DNA of 64,000 nt, taken from Lama guanicoe. Its lineage: Eukaryota. Below, piece after piece: positions 25,451 through 35,450 of this stretch. The position numbers and the translations under genes are program-made. Below the pieces are notes generated by a model, which saw only the letters and a program-made list of their open reading frames with translations, was not told the DNA's origin and did not search any database. Within the stretch, counting starts at the first letter, position 1. The number at the start of each line of letters is the position of its first letter. Location: assembly GCA_013239625.1 (NCBI GenBank), contig MU053754.1, positions 803,379 through 867,378 of the forward strand. Reading direction: 5' to 3'.

Positions 25451-27018
25451 TGTCTTTGTCTGGTTTTGGTCTCAGAGTGATGGTGGCATAGAATGGCTTT
25501 GGGGGTGTTCCCTCCTCTTCATTTTTTGGGAAAAGTTTGAGAAGGATTGGTATAAGTTCTTCTTTTACATGTTTTGTAGAATTCCTCAGTGAAGCCATTT
25601 CATTCTGGACTTTTGTTTGCAGGGGTTTTTTATTATTATCATTATTATTACAGATTCTGTTTCACCACTAGTGATCAGTCTGTTCAGATTATCTTCTTGA
25701 TTCAGTCTTGATGGACTGTATGTTTCTCAAAACTTGTCTGCTTCTTCTAGGTTGTCCAATTTGTTGGTATATAATTGTTCACAGTATTCTCGTATGGTTT
25801 TTTGTATTTCCATGGTATCAGTTGTTATTTCTCCTCTTTCACTTCTTATTTTGTTTATTTGGGTCCTCTGTTTCCCTCTTGGTGAACCTGGCTAGAGGTT
25901 TGTGGATGTTGTTTGCCCTTTCAGAGGACCAGCTCTTGGTTGTATTGATTTTTTTTTGTATTATTTTTTAATCTCTATTTTATTTCCTTTCTGATCTTTA
26001 TTATTTTTTCCTTCTGGTGACTTTAGATTTTGCTGTTATTCTTTTTTCTAATGCTTTTAGGTGATAGGTTAGGTTGTTCATTTGAGACTTGGTTTTTGAG
26101 GAAAACCTGTATCACTGTGAATGTCCCTCTTAAGACTGCTTTTCCTACACTGCATCCTATAGATTTTGTGTGGCTGTGTTTTTATTGTCATTTATCTGAA
26201 AGTATTTTTTAATTTCCTCTTTGTTTTCATTGATGATCCATTGGTTTCTTAGTAGCATGTTGTTCAGTTTCCATGTAACTGTTTTTTTTTTTCCCCACTT
26301 AACTTTCTGTGAGTGGATTTCTAGTTTCATGCCATTGTGGTCAGAAAAGATGCTTGAAATAATTTTATCCTCTTAAAATTTTTGAAGTTTGTTTTATGTC
26401 TGAATATGTGGTCAAGCCTAGAGAATGTTTCCTGTGCACTTGAAAACAGTGTGTATTCTGGGATTTTTAGATGAAATATCCTGAAAATGTTAATTAAATC
26501 TAACCATTCTATTAGATTATTTAGAATCTTTGTTGTCTTATTTTCTGTCTGGAAGATCTGTCCATTGATGTGAGTAGGGTGTTAAAAGTCTCCTACTATT
26601 ACCACATTTCTGTCAGTGTCCGCCTTTATGTCTGTTTGTATTTGCTTTATGGATTTACATACTCCTTTATGGGGTGCATATATGTTAGCCAGTGTAATAT
26701 CCTCTTCTTACATTGATCTTTTTATCATTTATTTAGTGTCCTTCTTTATCTTTCTTTATGGCCTTTGTTTTAAAGTCTATTTTGTCAGATAAGAATATTG
26801 CTACCCCTACTTTCTTGTCATTTCCATCTTCGTGAAGTATTTTTTTCCATTTCTTCACTTTCAATATGTGTGTGTCCTTTGCCCTGAAGTCAGTCTCTTG
26901 AAGGCAGCATATTGTGGGCTCTTGTTTTGTTATCCAATCTGACACTCTATCTTTTGATTGGAGCATTTAGTCCATTGACATTTAAGGTAATTATTGATAG
27001 ATATGTATTTATTGCCAT
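23241..27018 (-). pseudogene. L1 ORF2 (endonuclease/reverse transcriptase), disrupted by stops and frameshifts and 3'-truncated
   Basis: ATG at 27018 gives MAINTYLSIITLNVNGLNAPIKR. The frame is broken into many short ORFs and ends after '[13 protein letters not shown]'. Confidence 0.9.
25373..25448. repeat. Compound (TA)7(GA)~31 microsatellite inside L1 ORF2
   Basis: Direct reading, with one GACA interruption. Confidence 0.95.
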
Positions 27019-27457
27019 TTTAAACCTTGGTTTCCAGTTGATTTTGTATTTCTTCTTTGTTCCTTTCTTTTTCTGTCCATTCTTCCTTTTGTGGTTTGTT
27101 GGTTTTCTTTTCTACTATGGTTGTATTCTCTTCTTTTTGGTTTTTGTGAATCTGTTGTATGTTGTGATTTGTGGTTACCTTCTTTTTCAGGTGTGTTAAC
27201 CAATTACTGTATCTGTTTGCTTTAGACTGGTGGTCGTTATAGACTCAAACACATTCTAAAAAAAAAAACATTTTCTTACTCTTCTCCCCCACATTTTATG
27301 ATTTTGATATCCTCTTATATCTTGATGTTTATCCTTTTACTTCATTGTAGTCACCACTGCTTTCACAAAAATTTTTGTGTTTTTTTGGTCTGTATACTGG
27401 GTTACTACTTTCCACTTGTGATTTTCTCTTTTTTATAGATTCTTACTTCTTTGCTGT

Positions 27458-28342
27458 TTAGAGAAGACCTTTCAATATTTCTTTTGGAAGAAGCTTAGTA
27501 TTGCTGTATTCTTTTAGTTTTTGCTTGTCTGAGAAATTCTATATTTCTCCTTTGATTGTAAATAATAATCTTGCTGGGTGGAGAATCTTAGGTTGCAGGA
27601 CTTTCTCTTTCAGGACTTTAATATCTTGTGCTACTCCCTTCTGGCCTGCAGTGTTTCTGTAAAGAAATCAACTGATAGCTTCAAGGAGGTTCCCTTGTAA
27701 TGAACGCTTTGTTTTTCTCTTGCTGCCTTTAGAATCCTCTTTATCTTTACCTTTTGCCATTTTAATTATAATGTCTTGGTGTAGGTCTGTTTGGGTTCAT
27801 CTTGTTTGAGACCCTCTGTGCTTCCTTTATCTGGATACCTCTTTCCTTCTTCAGGTTTGGGAACTTTTCAGCCATAATTTCCTCCAATACATTTTCAGTC
27901 CTCTTACCTCTTTCTTCTCCTTCTGGGACCCCTATTATGCATAGACTGGGGCACTTTATATTATCCTATAGATCTCATATAGTGCTTTCATTATTTTTAT
28001 TGGTCTTTCTGTCTGTTGTTCTGATTGGGTGATTTCCGTTATTTTACCTTCCAGATCACTTTTTTGTTCTTCTGCATAATTCAGTTTGCTGTTTATTGCC
28101 TTTAACTGAGTTTTTATCTGGGCAAATGAGTTTTCTAATTTTAATTGGCTCCTCTTTATAGTTTCTATTTCCTTTTGATAGTAATCTTCATTTCTACAAT
28201 AAGCTTTCTTAATTCCTTCAGTATTTTCATTATCCCCTTTTTGAATTTGGGAAATGGTAAACTGGAGATGGCTTTCATTCTTTGTTCTTTCAGGAGAATT
28301 CTCTTGGTCTTTTATCTGGGAGTCTTTCCTCTACTTCTTCAT
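27458..28342 (-). pseudogene. L1 ORF1, disrupted
   Basis: ATG at 28342 gives MKK*RKDSQIKDQENSPERT, with an in-frame stop at codon 4. The C-terminus EILKGLL* ends at 27458. Confidence 0.75.
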
Positions 28343-31300
28343 TTTACTTATACTTCTCAGACCTTGTGAGTTCAGGAGAAACAGTTATCTACTCTGGTCT
28401 TGAAGGGCTATTTTTATGTGAATGTCCCCCTGCGTAGGTTCCGTGAGTCTAATATTTTTGGTGTAAGGGCTGTTTCTAGCGTGGGAGCCTGCCACGCCTT
28501 TCCTCTTTGTGTGCTGGCTGTTATCCCCTTGGTAGGAGGTGTGGTTGGTGTTGTGGTGACAAGAGCCCTCACTGGACGTTGAGTGGAGCCACCTCTGTGC
28601 CCTGTGGTTGTCATAGCCCTGTCCTGCGCCAGGTCTGCTCTCCTGTTGTTGGAGTAGAGGCCCCCAGATCCATTTCTGAACCGTGATAGGAGCTGGATAG
28701 GACTGGGGTGCTCGCACTTGGAGAGGAGCCCCTGAGTATTCCCCTGTCTCCTGGAAAGTGTGCTCTGTGGTGTTGCCTGTCACCTGTTGTGTGGGCTCAC
28801 AGAGTGCACCGTTTCTGTTGCTGCCCTTGGCTTCACGTCAGCCCTGGGAATTCAGGCAGCTGGCCTGGGTGTCCCTCAGCCGCTGTGCTCGCAGAGCTAC
28901 TAGTGCAGATCCACTGGCGTGGGACCCCGTGGTCGGGTGTCAGCACTGCCGTGGTCGTGCACTTGCACCTGTCATGGGGCTGTGGGGTCAGCCGCCGCTC
29001 CAGCCGCACCTCTGTGCACGTGCACTCTCACAGCCTGTCCCTCACCTGCCTCAGCCACGGACACACCAGTAATCCAGTCGGATGTCCCGCAGGCACTGAG
29101 TTTACAAATTCACCAGCAGCACACAAGCCTACAAATCACAGAGCCACGAGGACACGCAGATTTCAGCTCCACTTCCACAGTCATGCAGCCCCTGGGGATC
29201 GGCTTGGATTCGGCCTCCACATGTGGGCAGCCTGCCTGAGCGTCAGTGCTCCCAGAACCCACGCCTGCTGTGAGCTCCCAGAGAGCGTAGCCACTGTGGC
29301 CACTCCACCTCTCCCTTCGAGCACTCGGATTATAAGTGGGGCTTCAGTGGCACATCTGGCCTCCTGCCTGCACACGACCTTGGTCTTCCCCCAGGTCTGT
29401 CCTCTGAAACCCACATTTCAGCACCCAGACCCTGCACGCACAGCAGGCGTGCTGCTCAGGCTAGGGAGTGCAGCGAGGTGGCCAGGACCACCTGTGCTGG
29501 TCTGGCCCTGTTCTGCCTGCTGCGCACTGGTGGCTGTATTCTCCTCTGAGTCTCTGAGGCTCCCTTTCTGTCCTGGCTGATCTACCTGCCAGTGAAGGAG
29601 TCCCCAGGATGCGGGAACCTTCCCTCTTTCGCAGCCCCCTCCTAGGGGCTCAGGTCCCATCCCAGTTCCTTTTCCCTCCTTTCATCCTCCTGCCTGGTTA
29701 CCTGGTGAACTTTCTTGCATTTTTGGTTTTATGACATCGTCTGCCAGTGTTCAGCAGGTGCTGTGCAATAACTGTTCCACAAGTAGGTGCGTTTTTGATG
29801 TATCTGTGGGAGGAGATGAGCTCCATGTCCTCCTATTCTGCCGTCTTGATCTGGCAACTCCGAATGCTACTTAAATCACCTATTTGTAGAAATAGAGAAT
29901 TCCCACTTGTATCTTAGGGCTGTGTCTTATTGTGAAGCCCTATTTTGCATGTAATTTTCTGTTAAAAAAAATTACAATCCAGTTGATATACTTGTGGGTG
30001 TGCAAATATTCCCCACAATACACCGCAGGAGACGGTAGCTAACAGCTGAAGGGCTTGTATCAGGAAGTCACAGTTCAGGGATGGCTTTCAACAGGAAGGT
30101 CCCCGATCAAGAGTCCCCAGTCCAGGGGTGGTTACTTAGCACCTAAGCTTCGCTGTTGAAAGTTGTACCAGTTAACTTGTTAAATAACATCAACGCTGTT
30201 AGAAACAACAATAGAAAATACACATGGCATGGAATGAACGGCGCTGGTCCAGAGAGCATGTGCAGGCCCACCTGCCCCTGGCCAGCACGGCGCCCGAGGC
30301 CTGCATTCGGTGCTTGGGTAGGAAGATGGGTGTTTCTGTGACATCGGCTTCCCAGCGGAATTCTGCCCCGAGGCCGTGACGTCTGGGTGGAGGTGCATGT
30401 TTGAAGCAAAGGGGTGCTCCTCAGAGAACCTAAGAGCAGAAAGTGGGGCTTCCCCTGGGCTGCTGGGACAGGTCGTCTGACGGGTTTGTGCTGGCTCACG
30501 GGCACCTGTGCATGTGTCTGGCAGACGTGAATCTGCAGCTTGCTGTTGCTGTACCGCCTCATGAGGTAGTGAAGTTCCCAGGGAGGGGGCCAAAGCTGCC
30601 CCCTCCCTCTGAGGGCAAGGGGCTGGTCGTTGCTGAACAGCTGAATCGATTAGGTCAGTGGATAAAAGGGGAAAGGATCTAAAACAGTGCAGGGCACATG
30701 GTTATTCCATCAGTTCCGCAGTTAGATAGGTCTGTTGATTAGTTTATGAGCTTCTGTGTTTGACATGAGGGGATGCTGACTGCCTCCCACTCTCTCTCTC
30801 CTCCCCTTCTCTTTTTCTGAACATGGGCAGATTCTGGCACATCTAACTTCATGAGTTTAGAAAACCTGTTCAACCTCCACGTTTCTGCCCACTGGCACTC
30901 TGTGGTGTACAAAGGTGTTTCCCATTCTCTCTAAAACCTAATTCTCAGTCCAGACATGGCATCACTCTGGGTTAAGAAATTACTTTGGGTTAAGAAATTT
31001 CTATTAAAATAAAAACTACATTTCTGCAATTCATAGTATGCCTCTTTTAAATACATACTTTAAATGCAATTATATATTTTAATATACCATACATGTGATT
31101 TACATGTATTGATGTGGGAATAAAGTTAAAAAGAAGTGTATTTGTTTCAAATATGCCCATCAAGGAACAGAAAGCTTATTTCCTTCAAATATGGTCGATT
31201 AGAGGTAATGATAATTTTACCTAAAACAAGTCTTTCAGAAAATACTTTCAGTGTTGCTTTTGTTTCCTGTTTCAAAAAAAATTTAATGTAATTTAAGATG

Positions 31301-32002
31301 AAGAAAACTTTATTTTACAAAAATGTAAAGTAAAGTGTTCACAGGAATTGTTAAAAATTAAGGAGGGACTTTTCTTAAGCAGGCAAAGGAAATGTAAAGA
31401 CTTGCGTGATTATGTAGACGTTGACCATAACAAAATACGATCCTGTTGTTCCAAGAACCAAGACTAATCTCACAACAACCCATCTTTATCAAGGTGCAGG
31501 CGTCTTATGGACACAGTGCAGGGAAACCTGAACTCAAGCTGCCCGGTCAGAAGCTGATTGTGTGATTCAAAAGAATAATCCTCTTTACAAGGAGCACACG
31601 ACGCTAAAGCAGTTAGTTCATGTGCCTTAAAAACCCGGTGGAACCCCCTGAAGGGTGCTCCTGAGAAACGTCTGTTTTGGGTTGTCCAGCCGCTCTCAGT
31701 TATAGTCGACTCGGCCCTGTATCACCCACAGCTGTGTTTCCCCTTTAAAACACGAGCCCACGGAGAAGGCAAACGATGTAGCCGTAATCGGTATGCTTGT
31801 TTCTGGATCTGTTTCTTCAAAGTTACGGACACCATTTACAAGGTACCTTGAGGTGTGGTGCAGGCCGGAAAGTCTTGTCTTTTGGAATCCCAGCAACATA
31901 CCTCACATTGTCACGTTTGTTAGCTTGTCCGATCCCAGACGTGCTAGGTCATTCGCTGTAGTGGGGAACTGAGAACAGAATTAATCTATTAATTGCTTAA
32001 AG

Positions 32003-32186
32003 CACGGGTTCTCGGTTGGGGGTGACTTAGTACCCCTCCCTGGTGGCCAGTGGTTGGGAGGAGAGGGGGTTCTACTGGCATCTGGTGGTGGAGACCAGGG
32101 GCCTTCTAAGCGTCCTACAGTGCACAGCCCACAGCAAAGCATTGCCCACAGCCACACGTCAATGGTGCCGAGGCTGGGAACCCCTA
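32003..32186. mobile_element. MER20 hAT DNA transposon (internally deleted)
   Basis: 'ggttctc...gggggtgac', 'ctactggcatct...ggagaccagg', 'cctacagtgcacag', 'gtcaatggtgccgaggctgggaaccc'. Confidence 0.75.
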
Positions 32187-32791
32187 GAGTAAGGGAAGGC
32201 CGGTGTTTTACCTTCTGGAGCTTCGGCTTTTTGTTGGCCAGGCTCCACCGCACTTGGGACGTGATCCCTCTGCTTTTCAGGACAGGGCCGTGTAAGTCCA
32301 GACCTGCCTGCTGCTGTTCGGCTTAACCGAAGCCTGCAGTGCCCAGCCTGCTTCCCTGTCACTTGTGTCTGATGTCACACCAGCGCAGCCCCATAAATCT
32401 GCACCAGGAAGCCCACCTGAGTGGCGCCGCTCTGTACGTGGGGCCGCCTGACCAGGCAGACCCTGTGTGGTGCAGCTGTGTTTCCACTCAGGGCTTTGTT
32501 GTAACAGCCCTGGCCGTTTGTAAAGTCTTTCTGAAAGATGGGAAAGTACTTAGGTGCGTAGAAATGCAGCTGGATCTAGTATTACTATATAATTTTTATA
32601 GAAAGGGACATTGTTGCTGCAAAGTGCTTGGCAGAGCAGATTTTAGGGCTTTCTCTTTTGTAAGGCGGATGATTTACAGTCCTTTACAAAGTATGACAGG
32701 TCTGGGGAACTAGGGTGAAAAAGGAAAAGGAATTTTTTGCTATGTTCTGCAGGTAGTCTATGGTGTTTTTTATACTAACACAGCACAGATT

Positions 32792-33090
32792 TTTTAGTTA
32801 CTATTGCTGGGTAACAAGTTAGCACAAATTACTACCGATGACTCAGACTCACAAGTAATTAACTCAGCCGCCTACGGATTTGGGATACGAACCTAGCTCT
32901 TTTGACAGGAAATCTCACGCTTTTTCAGAACACTGATCCAGTAGGCAGAATCCCTACCTGCTTCAGTAACGCCCTATGAAATCTGTCATCTTGAACTGGG
33001 GCAAGACCTGTGAATTTCTGTGCCCAAACTCCTGACCCATGGAAACCGTGAGATAATCAGTATACATTCTTATAGGCCACGAAATGGTGA
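32792..33090. mobile_element. MLT1 LTR fragments in mixed orientation
   Basis: 'tagttactattgctgggtaacaa' (minus-type terminus) and 'tcctgacccatggaaaccgtgagataat' (plus-type 3' part). Confidence 0.45.
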
Positions 33091-33094
33091 TTAC

Positions 33095-33207
33095 TGTCTG
33101 TGAGCCTTAGTTTCCCCACCTCTAAATTGCTGCTCACTTCCAAGGGCTGCTCGAGCATTAAGTGAGGAAGCCCAGAAAGAGGCTGGAGAGTGGATACTCA
33201 GTAAACG
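33095..33207 (+). mobile_element. MIR fragment
   Basis: MIR core 'ctgtgagccttagtttccccacctctaaa' and 3' part 'actcagtaaa'. Confidence 0.55.
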
Positions 33208-33530
33208 CTGGTTCCTTGCCTGCACCCCCTCCCTTCCCTTCAACTCTGGGTCCCTTGTCAGGAGGAACAGAGCTACTGGTAACAGTGCAGCAGGTCCGGT
33301 TCCAGCCCAGAGCCTCAGATTGCAGCAGTGTATTAGAGTGTGATAAAATTGGCCCTGGGTGCTGAAACACTTCACTGCCCAGATGGATTATTCCTGTGCT
33401 TACTAAATATATTAACTGATCATGTCGCTGGACTATGTTTATCATGGGATCTAAGAAACAAGCAGGTATCCAGCGGCTGGCATGGGGCCCTGGAGCCCCA
33501 GGCTGGGGAGGGAACTGGGAAGCGAGGAGG

Positions 33531-33532
<2 letters not shown>

Positions 33533-33609
<77 letters not shown>
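33533..33609. repeat. Compound (GT)19-(GA)18 microsatellite
   Basis: Direct reading. Confidence 0.95.
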
Positions 33610-33613
<4 letters not shown>

Positions 33614-33899
33614 GCGTGGCGGGGCGTTCCCTCGGTCCGCGGGGGCCTGGAGGAGGGGACCAGGGAGAGATGGGAGTGCAGCGGTAGAGGGAGGATGAGG
33701 AGGAGGGAGTTCAGGCTGGAGGATCATCCAGTGCAGAGCCTCGGCGGGCACGCAGTCCCTCGTACACCATGCTCTGGAGTTTGCGCTTTCTCGTAGCAAT
33801 GTTGAAAGGTGCTGAAGCTGTGATGGTTATTTGCAAGCTGTAGGCAGGCTTAACCGTGGACCTGGTCCCTCTGGTTGCATCTGGACTCATGAATGGTGA

Positions 33900-35200
33900 A
33901 GTGAACAATTGGAAGTTGGAAAGCTGGGTACTCAGGGGAGGAAAGGCAATGGAAGCTCGAGGGAAGGTAGAGACAGCAGGCCCAGGGAGACGAGGCTGCC
34001 TGTGCATGACGGAGGGTCTCAGGGGCTTGGTGCTGGATTAGATGAGGGGTCAGAGAGGCCCTGAGGTCTTGGCTGGGGAAGTTGAGGTGATGGTGGCACC
34101 CTCTGCTGAGGTTGGGAACCTCGAAGACGCTCAGACAGACAAGCAAGGGGGAAGATGGGTTCATTGTGGGCAGTGTTCAACTTCCATCCCTGTGTGTCAG
34201 GGGTCTCCAAGTGGAATTACCAAACAGGATGGAAGAATCTGGTGCTCACGAGGAAGGTCGGGTTGGGAATATACATGTGAAAATGTTCTGTTATGAAACG
34301 TCACACACATACTGATTAAAGAGGTGGGCAGTGTGTGAAATGGTGGAGCTCAGCCTGGGGTGACTTTACTCCTAGAGGACACTTGGCGATGTCTGGAGAC
34401 CTCTAAAGTCTTACAGTCAGAGGAAGGGGTGCCACCAGCCTCCGGTGGGTAGAGACCAGGGATGCTGCTAAACCTGCAGCATGGCGCTACAAGAGAGAGG
34501 GGTCTGCCCACCAGGTCAGTGGGCCGTGGCGAAGCTGAGAAGCCATGAGGCAGAGCCCAGGAGTGGAGGATGGAGGTCTGAGGGCCACATGTTGCTGTGC
34601 TCCGACGTTGAGAGGAAACCAGTAGGAAATGAGCCTACAGAAGAGGCTGTGAAAGAAAACCAGGCAGAGGCTCAGAAAACCAAGACCTTGTGGTGTCATA
34701 GAAGCCAAGGGCAGAGACCTAGACATTAGGGTCAGATGCCCCAGAGAGTTCAAGTACAGAAAGACCATGAAGGAGTCCCTGGGTCACACAGTTGGAAGGT
34801 TGGGGGGACCTTCGTGGGAAGAACTGTCTTGGCGTGGTGGTGGCATGGCCCTGCTATGGTGGGTTTAGAGTTGAGCGGCGTGTAGGGAAGAAGACAAGGA
34901 AGATGGAGACTCATCTCTTGGGAAACGTGCCCCTGAAGGGGAGGAGAGACGTTGTTTGTGGGATCTAAGAGAGTGCCGGACTGAGGGAAGATTTTTTTAA
35001 TGGATGTGCTTTATCTGTGGATACACAGAGAAGGGGACCAGAGAGAGGGAGAGATTGAAGGTACAGAAAGAGCCACAGAGTCCCTCAGCGTGGCTGGAGG
35101 GGTTGTGTCCCGGGCTGGGGTGGAAGGATTAACCTTAGCGTGAAGAGAAGTGCGGCTTCTTCTCCATGGAGGCAAGCGGGGTGTTAAAGAAGTTACCAAG
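33900..35200 (-). mobile_element. LINE-2 fragment, interrupted by MER20
   Basis: Purine-rich L2 antisense motifs 'gatggtggcacc...gctgaggttgggaa', 'gaaaaccagg', 'ggtgtcatagaagccaagg', 'gagagattgaag'. Confidence 0.6.
34341..34547. mobile_element. MER20 hAT DNA transposon
   Basis: 'ggacacttggcgatgtctggagac', 'gtgggtagagaccagggatgctgctaaac', 'gaagctgagaagcc'. Confidence 0.8.
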
Positions 35201-35214
35201 AGCGTGAACTACTC

Positions 35215-35450
35215 TGACTAGAAGGAGCGCGGGGTGCTCTGGGAACCTCAGTTCCCAACTCCACCTCTTCACATCTCCTCATCCTGCGCCCGGAGACGTC
35301 ACCCTCTCCACCTCCCTGTCTTTCGTCAGCAGGTGGAGGGACACAAATGATTCCTGCGACTGGAGTGATGATTGAATATGTGACCATCTTAAAAGGGCTT
35401 AGACTGGCTCCTGGCCTTTGGCAAGAACTCGGTACATGTTTGATAATTCT
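35215..35450 (+). mobile_element. MIR, diverged
   Basis: Overall MIR layout with 3' part 'aaagggcttaga...cctggc...actcggtacatgtt'. Confidence 0.4.

Larger units (their letters stand above)
23241..29861 (-). mobile_element. Near-full-length decayed LINE-1 (cetartiodactyl/camelid type): intact 5' end, ~1.5-kb 5'UTR, ORF1, ORF2; 3'UTR and poly(A) absent
   Basis: The minus-strand 5' end reads 'gatcaagacggcagaataggaggacatggagctc'. ORF-track fragments include 'TICCLQET', '[14 protein letters not shown]', '[12 protein letters not shown]...[18 protein letters not shown]'. Confidence 0.95.

Noticed and set aside
33158..33799. 213-aa minus-strand ORF
   Set aside because: It is kept open by the GT/GA microsatellite and GC-rich repeat-derived sequence.
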